A DNA stretch of 64,000 bases. Source: a virus. The position numbers were made by a program, and so were the translations under genes. The notes under the pieces were generated by a model. The model saw only the letters and a list, made by a program, of their open reading frames with translations, searched no databases and had not been told where the DNA came from. Within the stretch, counting starts at the first letter, position 1, and each line of letters opens with the position of its first letter. The stretch is from the IMG/VR virus record IMGVR_UViG_3300006175_000009, positions 1 to 64,000 of that record. One strand, written 5' to 3'. Positions 1 through 9,567 of this stretch are shown here, one piece after another.

Positions 1-250
1 TGAGGATGTTGGTGAGGTAGTCGTCGGAATCGGTCCGAACGCGGCTGATGTTCGGGTTGATGCCGGTGTCGAAGGACTGGTAGCACAGGCGACCTGCGAA
101 CTCCACCAGGTCTTCACCATCGGGAGAGTGCTGGGTCTCAACACGGTACTGCCACTCCGCTCCGCCCTGATCGAGCAGGAAGTTCTCCATGGCATCCCAA
201 TCCAGGTCGGGACGGGAGATGACGTACAGCTCGGGCTTGACGCTCTTCAT
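1..250 (-). CDS. thyX: FAD-dependent thymidylate synthase ThyX (5' part; runs off window start)
   Basis: Manual translation from ATG at 250 (RBS AAGGA): MKSVKPELYVISRPDLDW...DLVEFAGRLCYQSF...NPNISRVRTDSDDYLTNIL, matching the actinobacterial ThyX N-terminus; not in the ORF track because truncated. Confidence 0.85.
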   Translation of the reverse strand, partial: MKSVKPELYVISRPDLDWDAMENFLLDQGGAEWQYRVETQHSPDGEDLVEFAGRLCYQSFDTGINPNISRVRTDSDDYLTNIL

Positions 251-260
251 GAGGTTCCTT

Positions 261-431
261 TCAGGAGAGGTCGATCAGAACGATCGAGCTGTTGCGACTG
301 TACACCATACTTGCGTCCAGGTCAAACAGCTCGTTGTGATCTCCTTCGTTGAGGAGGATCTTCACAGGTGCGTCCCCGCCGACGAGCATGCGCCCCATCA
401 TCAGGTGCTCGATGAGCTTGTCCAGCGTCAT
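261..431 (-). CDS. hypothetical protein (56 aa)
   Basis: ATG overlaps dUTPase stop (ATGA coupling); ends just before the thyX RBS. Confidence 0.6.
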   Translation of the reverse strand: MTLDKLIEHLMMGRMLVGGDAPVKILLNEGDHNELFDLDASMVYSRNSSIVLIDLS

Positions 432-1111
432 GATCCACTACTCCCGAATCCTCCAGTGCCACGACGGCTCGGGTTGAGTGACGAGTTGGTTGACCAGCCA
501 GGTGTACGCCCGAAACCGACGTTCGGCATCAGGATGAGCTGGGCGATCCGCTGACCCTTCGCCAGGGACACCGAGTGCTGAGAGAGGTTCTGAACTGACA
601 CCTTGAGTTCACCCTGGTACCCGGAGTCAACGACGCCTGGAGCGACCAGAACACCGAACTCTCGGAGAGTGGACGAACGCCCGTTGATCAGGGCCCACTC
701 GTCAGGGAACAGCTCCACAGCAACGCCAGTTCCGACCAGACCATAGGAACCGGGGTCAAGCATGACGTTGTCCTGAAGGTACAGATCGTAACCAGCGTCT
801 TCAGGGTCTGACTTGCTCGGGAGAAGGGCGTCCTGCTCAAGAGCCCGGAACATCAGGGGGTACTTGGCAGGAGGAGTGGTCCTGCCGATCGAATCCACCA
901 TGGCCTTGACGGTGGTGATGGTCTCAAGGGCTTCGGGCCCTACGACGTAGTCAGCTGCCTGACGGAGGATCTGATCAGAGCGCTTGTTGGAGTTCTCATA
1001 CTGGTTGTACACCTCGAACCCACGAGACTCCAGATCGCGGCAGGCGAAGTCCGCGTAGGGCTGGAGAGCGATGGTGTCCTTGCGGATGAGAACGATGAGC
1101 TTCTTGGTCAT
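428..1111 (-). CDS. dut: trimeric dUTPase with ~85-aa N-terminal extension
   Basis: Motifs AGYDL, GRSS, GVVDSGYQGEL, RIAQLI, RRGTGGFGSSG; likely start MTKKLIV at 1111. Confidence 0.92.
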   Translation of the reverse strand: MTKKLIVLIRKDTIALQPYADFACRDLESRGFEVYNQYENSNKRSDQILRQAADYVVGPEALETITTVKAMVDSIGRTTPPAKYPLMFRALEQDALLPSKSDPEDAGYDLYLQDNVMLDPGSYGLVGTGVAVELFPDEWALINGRSSTLREFGVLVAPGVVDSGYQGELKVSVQNLSQHSVSLAKGQRIAQLILMPNVGFGRTPGWSTNSSLNPSRRGTGGFGSSGS

Positions 1112-1112
1112 G

Positions 1113-1361
1113 TCAGTCCTCGAACAGGTCGCGGTAGGGGATGAAGGGCAGGCCACCAGCAAGGGAGGTGATGTAATCCTCCTGGCGGCCAAGACCCATG
1201 TCGTCGGTTGAGCAGGCATCGAACTTCGCCCCACACCCAGGGAGCTGGCTGTAGCCGTACTTGCTGCGCTTCGAGTGCGTCTTGTGGGAGAAGTTGGCGG
1301 AACCGCCACAGCTCGAACAACTGGACGAGGAGCGCCCGATGATCACCACATTGGCGCGCAT
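1113..1361 (-). CDS. hypothetical Cys-containing protein
   Basis: ORF with GAAAGGA RBS, CxxC motif, in operon. Confidence 0.6.
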   Translation of the reverse strand: MRANVVIIGRSSSSCSSCGGSANFSHKTHSKRSKYGYSQLPGCGAKFDACSTDDMGLGRQEDYITSLAGGLPFIPYRDLFED

Positions 1362-1438
1362 GGGATTCCTTTCGGGAAAGAGTGAAGCCCCACCAGGGGT
1401 CTGATGGGGCCTACTCTATCACGGTATTGCGGTCCTGG

Positions 1439-1924
1439 CTAGCTGAGACCGATCAGTGCTGCTGCGATCAGCTCCCAGCCGTGGTGCCAAGACTGGTCCA
1501 GAGCGTACGCACCGCCCAGACCGTCCTTGCCGAACTCGTAGAAGTTGCCCTTGCCAAGCTTGCCCGCCAGCCACTTGAGCGGCGAACGGCGGTCAGCCCA
1601 GTAGTGCGTGATCCCGGAGAGCAGCAGGCCCAGGATCAAGTTGCCAGGGTGCGCCAGGAGGTTGTCCCCCGAAGCAACCCACAGGAGAGCGACGATGGCC
1701 AGACCCTGCGTGAGGACGTAGCCAACGACGTGCTTGGTGCAAGCCCAGTGGCCGGTGAAGCCTGGAAGGCCCTTGTGCTTGGCCTGGCAGTCCGACTGGA
1801 CCCAGTGATCAGCAACTGCTGCTGCCGCACGAATACCAGCGTAGGCCAGAGCCATGTGAGCGGAGTGGTCCATGAGGAGCCCCTTTCGAGAGACCTTGGT
1901 GGCGGTCAGTCCTTGTTGGGCCAA
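1439..1924 (-). CDS. DUF3307-like membrane protein
   Basis: ADHWVQ...QA..KG, HV..Y, THYWADRR, LDQSWH motifs with hydrophobic helices. Confidence 0.7.
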   Translation of the reverse strand: MAQQGLTATKVSRKGLLMDHSAHMALAYAGIRAAAAVADHWVQSDCQAKHKGLPGFTGHWACTKHVVGYVLTQGLAIVALLWVASGDNLLAHPGNLILGLLLSGITHYWADRRSPLKWLAGKLGKGNFYEFGKDGLGGAYALDQSWHHGWELIAAALIGLS

Positions 1925-2496
1925 CCGTCCTTCTCGTGCACCCGCCTTGCCATCATAGCATAGCAGGTGAGGTCTTGCACGGTGTCCTCCGACACACGCT
2001 CGCCGTTGAGGATCGCGTTCTTCCAGCGGGACAGCTTGCCCTGCATGAAGAAGTAGATGCCCAGCTCCTGAGCTTCGGCCTTGGTGACGTTCTCACGGCC
2101 CATCAGGGTGGCGATCTCGCGCCCGGTGGTGACCAGGGCGTGGTTGCCGTACTCCTGGTACTTCTGGACTATCAGGATCGCGTCCTCGGCAGCCTTCTGG
2201 CCCCACCACTCCTTGAGGTCCGCGATCAGGTCACAGAGCGGGTCAGAAGCGACTGAGGTCGATCCCTGATAGACGGGGTGAGGCATCAGCTCGGGCCGCT
2301 CGCGGCTGGCGAACCAGTCGTCCTCCTCCGGAGTGACCTCGGGCAGGCTGATCTTGGCGGCTCGGGCGTGCAGTTCCGGATCGAACACGCGAGTCTGCCA
2401 CTCCGTGTTCTCGGGGCGTGTCATGCGGAATCCAATCGGAGAGTGCTTGGGCGGTGCTCCGGACGATGGCACGACGCCAGTTCCGGGGTAGTTCAA
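1906..2496 (-). CDS. nucleotide-modification-associated (Nmad1/DUF1599-like) helical protein
   Basis: K..EYG ... KLSR ... EDTVQDLTCYAMM pattern; next to dut/thyX. Confidence 0.5.
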   Translation of the reverse strand: MNYPGTGVVPSSGAPPKHSPIGFRMTRPENTEWQTRVFDPELHARAAKISLPEVTPEEDDWFASRERPELMPHPVYQGSTSVASDPLCDLIADLKEWWGQKAAEDAILIVQKYQEYGNHALVTTGREIATLMGRENVTKAEAQELGIYFFMQGKLSRWKNAILNGERVSEDTVQDLTCYAMMARRVHEKDGWPNKD

Positions 2497-2526
2497 GGTT
2501 GTGCATGAATCCAGTCTAACTGAGCC

Positions 2527-2673
2527 TTATTTCGAAGGCGTTTCGTCGGTCTCGGCTTGCTTCTTGAGGGCGTCACGGAGACCCTGCTCGTACCCGTAGG
2601 CATAGTTCAGGTAGAACGCAAAGCCCACGACGAGCACAGCGACTACCCACATCAACCAGTGTGGCACAGACAC
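2527..2673 (-). CDS. small membrane protein (48 aa)
   Basis: GTG start after AAAGGA; MSVPHWLMWVVAVLVVGFAFYL, single TM. Confidence 0.55.
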   Translation of the reverse strand: MSVPHWLMWVVAVLVVGFAFYLNYAYGYEQGLRDALKKQAETDETPSK

Positions 2674-2709
2674 TCCTTTGTACAACGTTGCGTATAGAGC
2701 AACGGCTTC

Positions 2710-3003
2710 TTACCGTTCGGGTCGCTGCGCGGCCTTTTGAGCCGGAACCGGAGAGAGATCCATAGCCCATTGCTCATCAGCAAAGGGCCCGTCCACCCAT
2801 TGGATCTTGGTGGCTCCGCCGTGGCCGTGGATGGCCTCGACGTCCTCCACCGAGTCATAGACGGCCGTCGAAGACTTGTCGGTGTTCCAGCGGATGACAG
2901 CGGTTCCGTCACGGAACTCGATGCCGTCAGCCACCCGGCCAACACCCGACGTGCCAGAGACGTCCTCGGAACGAACCAGAACGAACCTGCGGTGCATACT
3001 CAC
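2710..3003 (-). CDS. conserved actinophage hypothetical protein
   Basis: RRFVLVRSEDVSGTSGVGRVADG..F.DG...HGHGG pattern; coupled to upstream ORF. Confidence 0.7.
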   Translation of the reverse strand: MSMHRRFVLVRSEDVSGTSGVGRVADGIEFRDGTAVIRWNTDKSSTAVYDSVEDVEAIHGHGGATKIQWVDGPFADEQWAMDLSPVPAQKAAQRPER

Positions 3004-3338
3004 GAGTCCTCCTCGAACTGGCTGACCAGCTTGAGTCCGTAGTTCATGCCACGCTTGACGACTGTCCAGGTGCCGTCGATGACACCCTTGTCGATCACCG
3101 CAGCCTTGAGAGCGTCGCTCATGTCCGTAAGGAACATGGGGTAGCTGGAGTTGTCCTCGGTGTCAACCCAGAGGAAGAACGCAGCAGACCGGCCACGGTT
3201 GTAGCCGACCATCTTCATCTCGGCGTCCCACTCCTCGATTGGCTCCCAGACGAGGTTGTCCTGAGAGTACGGAGGGTAGTGCCAGAGTCCGCCATCCTTC
3301 TTGAATGGGGCCTGCCGCACCTCGCTGTTAGTAGTCAT
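3000..3338 (-). CDS. hypothetical protein
   Basis: ATG overlaps resolvase stop; phage-like codon usage. Confidence 0.65.
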   Translation of the reverse strand: MTTNSEVRQAPFKKDGGLWHYPPYSQDNLVWEPIEEWDAEMKMVGYNRGRSAAFFLWVDTEDNSSYPMFLTDMSDALKAAVIDKGVIDGTWTVVKRGMNYGLKLVSQFEEDS

Positions 3339-3829
3339 TAGTAACCGTAGCCCTTCAGATCGTTGCGACGAACGAAGTGCAGTCCCAAGCACTCGCTGTC
3401 CTTGCAGTGGCCTCCATGGCCGAAGCTGACCCAGTCTCGCAGGGCCTTGTTCGGCGGCATGTAGTCGAGATTCTTGTACAGGGACTTGTGGACGGACGCC
3501 TGTACACCGTAGAAGGGGATTCCCGCCCTACGGCACAGGTGCCTCATCACACCGATCAGCTCTGCGGTACCGAACGTCGATCCAGTTTGCTGAGTCGCCT
3601 TGTTGTGGTACAACATGAAGATCTCATAGACGATCAGTTCGACCTCGCCAGAACTCATCCGAGGGATGAGCCAGTCTACCCACTCTTCCGGAGTGAACTC
3701 CCGCGCCCACTGAGGCTCTCGGCCCAGCCAGTAGGTCACACCGACATGGCGGTCTCCGGGGTCAACAGAAACCCAGTGACCCTCTGGAATCGGTGGGGTC
3801 TCGATCTTGGGCTTCTTGTAGACGACCAT
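3338..3829 (-). CDS. RuvC-like Holliday junction resolvase
   Basis: SVDPG N-terminal acidic motif, IVYE, late H..D motif. Confidence 0.7.
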   Translation of the reverse strand: MVVYKKPKIETPPIPEGHWVSVDPGDRHVGVTYWLGREPQWAREFTPEEWVDWLIPRMSSGEVELIVYEIFMLYHNKATQQTGSTFGTAELIGVMRHLCRRAGIPFYGVQASVHKSLYKNLDYMPPNKALRDWVSFGHGGHCKDSECLGLHFVRRNDLKGYGY

Positions 3830-3866
3830 GACAACCTCGGTGGTAGAGAAGATCCTTTCAGACCGA

Positions 3867-3896
3867 ACCCTACCACCGAAGTTGCCTTAACGTCAA
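3867..3896 (-). promoter_or_regulatory. sigma70/HrdB-type promoter
   Basis: TTGACG-N18-TAGGGT. Confidence 0.65.
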
Positions 3897-4051
3897 TGCC
3901 AGCAGAGCCAGGCGATCAGAAGCAGGTTGATGGTGATACCAACCAGCGCGTCGCTTGTGGTCTTCGGCTTGCGCGGCTTGCCGATCATGTCCCACTCGAT
4001 GACGCTGGAGAAGACGAGAAAGATCACCAGCAGAATGTCATACCAGGCCAC
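3893..4051 (-). CDS. small two-TM membrane protein (52 aa)
   Basis: GTG start after GAAAGGA; two hydrophobic segments flanking KPRKPK. Confidence 0.55.
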   Translation of the reverse strand: MAWYDILLVIFLVFSSVIEWDMIGKPRKPKTTSDALVGITINLLLIAWLCWH

Positions 4052-4131
4052 GACTTTTCCTTTCGGGGAGTTGGGAGGTTGCCCTCCCTGTTGACTCCCA
4101 CCTTAGTACTACTTTGCTCCGAGCGCAAGTC

Positions 4132-6471
4132 CTACTTCGGAAGCCAGAGGTCCGGAGCGATACCGAAGTCCATGATCCGGTTCCCACGGGCAGGGTGCTT
4201 GTAGTAGTTCTCGAACACCCGGTTGCCAATGTCGGAGACGAGCTGCGCCTGAGCACGGCCCTCATCGCTGTCCCGGTGGCGGGTGACGAGAGAGTCATGG
4301 ATCTGCCACAGCAGGACTCCGGGGATCTCGCGCTCCACCTCCCGCATCCACTGGTTGCAGGCTCGGGCCAGGTTGCCCTGGATGGACTGGTTAACGGCAC
4401 TGTTGGAGCGCTCGTTCAGGCCGTACCAGCGACGCCACCCGTCCAGCATGGTCAGGTAGCCACAGCCGCCGTTGTGACGCTCGACCTTGGCCGCAGCCTG
4501 CTCCGCCATACGACGGAATTCAGGGTATGCTCGGAAGAACGACTCACGGGCCTGCTTCGCACGGGCCATCGAGACCGGCTGCTTCGTGCCTGCCTCAAGC
4601 TGGTCCTTCAGGGCCATGACACCACCGCCGTAGAGGATGCAGAACGTCGCACCCTTACCGGCCTGGCGGTACATCTTGAACTTCGGGTGATCCTCATCAA
4701 CCCCGAACAGGGCCTTGGCGTTCATGGCGTGAACGTCCAGACCCTCATCCAGGGCATCCCAGAGGCGGTCGATACCCGCGAGCATCACAGCTACTCGGAA
4801 CTCGCCAGTAGCCAGGTCGTGTTCGTACTTCAGGTAACCTGGCTCCTCCTCGAAGAGCATACGAACCGACAGCGCACCTTCCGGGCACATGGCGTCCTTT
4901 GGGATCTGCTGCGTGTTCACCCTGGTAGAGGCAAGCCTTCCGGACTTGGTTCCGCCTGCCTGCTGCCCCGGACGCTCAAGGGTGGTTGCACACTGGCGGT
5001 AGCTGGTGCGGATACGGCCGTCCTCACCTGCCCGAAGAGCCCAACCCGTATACCACTTGGAGTCCGAGTTGCGACGCTTCGTCCAGTCCAGGTACTGCTG
5101 AGCGTACGGGTAGCCCTTCTGGTTCAGGTGGTGAAGGGCCATGATATCGAGCTGGGGAAGGCCAGTGGCCGTCCTGGTCAGAGGCTCCAGGCCGATGCCG
5201 TTCTTGCCCGCGCACTCCTCACAGTCCTTGGTGCAGAAGAAGCCTCCCGGAAGATCCGGATTGACCTCAACGCCCTTGTTCGGGCAGATCGGACCGAAGT
5301 AGAAGCGCTTGGCCTGAGCGGGCTTGCCGGGATCGAACGGCAGCTTCAGCCGCTCAATCTCGTTGATGGCACGCAGGCGCTCACCCTCGGCAAGGCTCTT
5401 CGTGACGTTGTAACCGGCCCCGCGACGCTCCATCCGGTAGAGGACGGTACGCAGCTCCAGTTCGTCCTTCAGGAGGTCCCAGAAGGCCGGTAGAACGGCT
5501 CCCTCTTCAGCGCACTGCATCTGGTACTCGAACAGGCGCAGAGTCAGGTTGGTGTCCTTGGCGGCATACCGACCCATGGCCGCGTAGGCTTCGAGCAGTT
5601 CCGCCTGACCGGTGAACGGGTCAGCACCCCACATGAGCAGGTCATAGCGCTTTGTCATGCCCGTGCCCATCTTGGCCAGCTCACCCTTCAGGCGAGCCTG
5701 CTCGTCACCCTCGTCCTCACCCCACAGGCGCTTCGAAGTGGGCTTGAGACTGGCCACCTCGATCGGGTCGATGAGCTGCTTCTGAGTGATCATGGTGCAG
5801 TGGATCTCACGACGGCGACGCGCCTCAGTGAGCTTCCGCTTGGTGGGCTCCATCAGCTCAATGCGCTGCCTGACGCCCGAACGCCACTGCCCTGGCTCAG
5901 AGTCCACGTCCCATGCGTGGAGGCCCTCAGGACCCCCATAGCCGCCCGCGTCAGCCCTCAGGCCAACTCGGAAGTGGTGCATGTCGTGAACGCTGTTGTG
6001 CATGACCAGCTTGTCACGGCGGTCGAGCCAGCGGATCAGGTTCTCGTAGTGGTCGGCAGCCCAGTTCCAGATATCGGACGGCAGCAGAACCTTGTTGAGC
6101 ACCTTGCCCATGGCCTTCAGGATGCGGTCCTGCTCAGCCTCGTCCAGAGGGGTGAAGGTACAAGCGCCTGTGATCTCGTCCTTGACCGGGCCACCAGGCT
6201 TGCCGATGACTGCCCCCTGGTCGAATGGCCAGGCGTAGTCGTGGATCTCTCCGGGCTCGAACTCTCCGAGCTTTTCGTTCCAGACGGGCCACCGGAAGCT
6301 GACCGAGACGACGCTGATGCGCGACTTGGGCTGAGCTGGGCGACCGGCAGAAGCGAAGGGATCACCATCGGGGTAGAGCCCAGAAGACTCTGTGTCAACC
6401 GCCACCGGCCATCCGTGTGGCAGCTCAGGTAGTCGGTCGTGTCCGACCAGGGTGAATTCGTCCATGTCCAC
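4132..6471 (-). CDS. polA: family A DNA polymerase with 3'-5' exonuclease
   Basis: ExoI VDTESSG, ExoII HNSVHD, ExoIII YAAKD; SGRLAS..VNTQQIP; motif A variant HDLATGEFR; motif B RQAGKGATFCILYG; motif C QIHDS. Confidence 0.92.
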   Translation of the reverse strand: MDMDEFTLVGHDRLPELPHGWPVAVDTESSGLYPDGDPFASAGRPAQPKSRISVVSVSFRWPVWNEKLGEFEPGEIHDYAWPFDQGAVIGKPGGPVKDEITGACTFTPLDEAEQDRILKAMGKVLNKVLLPSDIWNWAADHYENLIRWLDRRDKLVMHNSVHDMHHFRVGLRADAGGYGGPEGLHAWDVDSEPGQWRSGVRQRIELMEPTKRKLTEARRRREIHCTMITQKQLIDPIEVASLKPTSKRLWGEDEGDEQARLKGELAKMGTGMTKRYDLLMWGADPFTGQAELLEAYAAMGRYAAKDTNLTLRLFEYQMQCAEEGAVLPAFWDLLKDELELRTVLYRMERRGAGYNVTKSLAEGERLRAINEIERLKLPFDPGKPAQAKRFYFGPICPNKGVEVNPDLPGGFFCTKDCEECAGKNGIGLEPLTRTATGLPQLDIMALHHLNQKGYPYAQQYLDWTKRRNSDSKWYTGWALRAGEDGRIRTSYRQCATTLERPGQQAGGTKSGRLASTRVNTQQIPKDAMCPEGALSVRMLFEEEPGYLKYEHDLATGEFRVAVMLAGIDRLWDALDEGLDVHAMNAKALFGVDEDHPKFKMYRQAGKGATFCILYGGGVMALKDQLEAGTKQPVSMARAKQARESFFRAYPEFRRMAEQAAAKVERHNGGCGYLTMLDGWRRWYGLNERSNSAVNQSIQGNLARACNQWMREVEREIPGVLLWQIHDSLVTRHRDSDEGRAQAQLVSDIGNRVFENYYKHPARGNRIMDFGIAPDLWLPK

Positions 6472-6689
6472 TTGACAGGTTCCTTTCAGGCAGAAAGGGG
6501 CCGCCTCCTGAGAGACGACCCCCTTCGGGTTGTACTAGCTGACGAGCCATCCGAGATCAGCATAGCCGCCGCCGATGACAGGCGTGTGCCCGTACATCCG
6601 GAGGTGCATGTCGGGGTCGCCGCCGTACTGCTTGCAGATGATGCACACTAGCTTGCACCTTTCGGTTGGTTGCGGTGTGTACTTACAGC

Positions 6690-7172
6690 TTAGCCGATCC
6701 TTGCTCCGTTGGCAACCAGGCTTACGGCCCGAGTGCGGGTGTCGAGCTTGCGGACCGGCATCGGGTGTCGCCCGACGAGATCGGTGATCATCTTGAGTGA
6801 AGGGCCGTTCTCCCACTCACCCTTCGTCGGAGTTAGGGCCCGACAGACCCGGATACGCATGCGAGTGACATGGTTGCTGGAGCGCTCCTCCTCCGGAACC
6901 TCCTCCCAGACGATCCGGTACCACCAGCGATCACCCTTGGCCGACTTGTTCTCACCGGCCAGGAGCATCCGGCCCAGTTCCAGGGTGAAGGTCTTGCCCT
7001 TGTCCTCCCCCCAGCTCGCCTGAGTGTGCCAGCCCATCGACTTGGCGAAGGAGGCGAGCCGCTCAGCAGGCTCAGGAGTGAACCAGCCCATGGGGGAAGG
7101 GGTAGTCACACCTCGGGTGGCAGCACCCCGAGAGACGGACCCTCGCGAGGTCACGTTGCCAGAGACAGCCAT
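6690..7172 (-). CDS. hypothetical protein
   Basis: ORF with GAAAGGA RBS. Confidence 0.6.
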   Translation of the reverse strand: MAVSGNVTSRGSVSRGAATRGVTTPSPMGWFTPEPAERLASFAKSMGWHTQASWGEDKGKTFTLELGRMLLAGENKSAKGDRWWYRIVWEEVPEEERSSNHVTRMRIRVCRALTPTKGEWENGPSLKMITDLVGRHPMPVRKLDTRTRAVSLVANGARIG

Positions 7173-7339
7173 CTTGATAAGTTCCTTTCAGCGGTCGGCC
7201 CCTGTATCAACTTTCGACACAGGGGCCAGTCGTTCAGAGTTCGCGAGCGTCGCGGTTGGATTGCTCGTTGTCGTAGTCGTAGGGCCCGACAGTGTCGTGG
7301 TCCTTCTCGGTCAGGTCGCCCAGCGTGGGGCCCTGTTGC

Positions 7340-7723
7340 TCACTCACCGTTCTGCTCCTTGGCCTGGAAGTTGCGCTGGAACCGGCGAAGGCGGGAGATC
7401 TCCTTGTTCAGGTCCGCAATGTCGCTCTTGCTGTACCCGCCGTAACGGGACTCGTTCTTCCGGAACTCCGCACGGTACCTCGCGGCGAACTCGTAGAGGT
7501 CGTGGATCGGCTGCGGGTCCTGGCCGATCAGCTCGTTGTTGTCACTGCTCCAGCCGGTCTCCAGCGGCGAGTTGCAGGAGCAGCCCGCCTCGTCCACGAA
7601 GAACATGTCGCCCGTGGTGTCGTCCACCAGGAAGCTGAGCTGCGACCAGTCGTAGCCACCGCCGTCGTTGACGTAGCCCGTAACCCGCAGCTCACGGCCC
7701 TGCCACTTGACGATCTCGGTCAT
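7340..7723 (-). CDS. hypothetical protein
   Basis: Start MTEIVKW after GAAAGGA; GCSCNSP motif common in actinophage proteins. Confidence 0.65.
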   Translation of the reverse strand: MTEIVKWQGRELRVTGYVNDGGGYDWSQLSFLVDDTTGDMFFVDEAGCSCNSPLETGWSSDNNELIGQDPQPIHDLYEFAARYRAEFRKNESRYGGYSKSDIADLNKEISRLRRFQRNFQAKEQNGE

Positions 7724-7778
7724 CGTGCATTCCTTTCGGGAAGAGGCGGGGCCTTGGTTGACCCCGCCGTTGTTCCCA

Positions 7779-7807
7779 ACCTTAGTACAGCGTTGCCCTA
7801 CTGTCAA
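7779..7807 (-). promoter_or_regulatory. sigma70/HrdB-type promoter
   Basis: TTGACA-N17-TAAGGT. Confidence 0.7.
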
Positions 7808-9567
7808 CGACCGAAGGGCGAGAACTCCGCGATGTGCTTGGACATGCCGTTCGACTTCCACCGGAGCTTCTTCGCCCGGCTGTCCGAGATGATGATCCGA
7901 CCGTTGTCCTGAACCTGGCGAACCAGGCGGCCGATGCCCTGAACCAGACGGGTCATCATGTCGTCCTCGTAGACCTTGTACCCGAACAGAGCCTGGGTGG
8001 CCTTGACCTCAAGGGTCGGAACCGCCCACGGCAGACGGTAGATGATGACCTGTCGCAGCGCCTCACCCGGAACGTCCACACCGGTCCACATGGACTGGAC
8101 GCCACCCATGACACCGTGGCCGTGCTTCTTGAACTCCGCCAGGTCCCGAGCGGTCTCCTGCGGATCGCCCTTGGTCTGCATGAAGACCGGAATGTCCCGA
8201 AGGCCAGCCTTGACCAGGGCCTTGTGAACGATCGGCATCACCAGCTCCATGTCCTTCCAGGACGTGAAGAGGATCAGCGTGCCACCACCACCCTGCTCGT
8301 GCGGACGACGCGCCATGTCCACGACAGCTCCGCAGACTTCCTGGATGCGCTTCCACTCGTCGTCCTGGTTCTTCGGGTCGAACGGGCTGATCGCGAGAAC
8401 CGAGTTCTGGTAGTTGAACGGGGTTCCGACGTCAACCGGGCGAACCGAACCGAGACCGAGCCGCGCGGGAAGCGAACCGGGGATGGTTCCGGAAACCAGA
8501 ACCGAGGGCTGCTGGGTCAGGATCTGACGAGTCCAGGACGAACCGTCCACACAGCGGCGGTTCAGAACCAGAACCTCGGAACCTTCCTTGTCCAGTTCCT
8601 TCGAAATGGTGGAGATGAACCGCTTGTCACCGGAGGTGCAGAAGTCGATGGCGCGCTGAAGGGCCTTCAGGTCCTTGCGGAGTTCCTTGATCTCGGCCTG
8701 GTTCTCCGGGGTGTGCTCCATTCCCGCCAGCAGGCTCTCAACACGGCCAGCCTCGCGAACCGCCTCCTCCATGATTCCGTGGAGTTCTTCGTCCTGGGAG
8801 GAGTCCACCAGAACCTCGTTCATCTTGACGAGCTTCTTCTCCTGGCTCAGAACCCAGTCCTTGAATCCATGAACCACGTCGTAGACCGTGGAGTTCTCGC
8901 CGATCGAGTCGGAGTTGCAGTTCTTCACAACCCCGTCGATCTCGTGGCACTCGTCAATGAACAGCGCCTGGTACGCCGGGAGCAGGTTCACCGCGCCGCC
9001 GGTCATCTGGTTCACCTTCAGGTCCCACAGGAGGACATGGCCATTGGTCACGATGACGTCCGACTTCTGGGCCTCCTTCTTGGCGTCCTGAAGGGCACAC
9101 AGGTCATCGAAGAGCGGGTTGCAATCTCCGGTGCAACCCCAGCCCTCCAGGCCCGCCTGAGACCACTCCATGAAGCCCTTCTGGCGGGCCTCCTGGTAGA
9201 TGCGGTTGGCGTCCGAGGGCTTCATCTTGCGAGCAGCGGCGGACTGGGTGCAGAGGTAGTTGTTGCGGCCCTTGATGTAGGAGAAGGTGCCACCGAGAAT
9301 CTTCCGAACCTCTGGAACGTCCTGGTTCACGTACTGGTCGATCAGGTTGTTCGTGGGGCAGACCACGACCGAGGGAGCCTTGTTGGCCTGTGCCGCCTCA
9401 AGGGCGATAGCCAGGATGAGCCAGGACTTACCGGTACCGGTGCCCGCCTGGACGAACGCGCCCGTCTCGCTGGCGATGGCCTCACGGGCGTACTTGGCGA
9501 GCAGGGTCTGCTGGGGACGAGCGGTGCGGCCGGAGCCCTCCATGAGGCGCTCGAACATTCCGGTCAT
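7804..9567 (-). CDS. DinG/YoaA-family SF2 helicase
   Basis: Q motif RPQQ, QAGTGTGKS, KGRNNYLC, DECH, LFTSW, WTGVDVPG, QGIGRLVR. Confidence 0.9.
   Translation of the reverse strand: MTGMFERLMEGSGRTARPQQTLLAKYAREAIASETGAFVQAGTGTGKSWLILAIALEAAQANKAPSVVVCPTNNLIDQYVNQDVPEVRKILGGTFSYIKGRNNYLCTQSAAARKMKPSDANRIYQEARQKGFMEWSQAGLEGWGCTGDCNPLFDDLCALQDAKKEAQKSDVIVTNGHVLLWDLKVNQMTGGAVNLLPAYQALFIDECHEIDGVVKNCNSDSIGENSTVYDVVHGFKDWVLSQEKKLVKMNEVLVDSSQDEELHGIMEEAVREAGRVESLLAGMEHTPENQAEIKELRKDLKALQRAIDFCTSGDKRFISTISKELDKEGSEVLVLNRRCVDGSSWTRQILTQQPSVLVSGTIPGSLPARLGLGSVRPVDVGTPFNYQNSVLAISPFDPKNQDDEWKRIQEVCGAVVDMARRPHEQGGGGTLILFTSWKDMELVMPIVHKALVKAGLRDIPVFMQTKGDPQETARDLAEFKKHGHGVMGGVQSMWTGVDVPGEALRQVIIYRLPWAVPTLEVKATQALFGYKVYEDDMMTRLVQGIGRLVRQVQDNGRIIISDSRAKKLRWKSNGMSKHIAEFSPFGR

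Noticed and set aside
4132-6471. Intein or intron in PolA, terminase or helicases
   Set aside because: No C...HN/C splice junctions or LAGLIDADG motifs; reading frames are continuous
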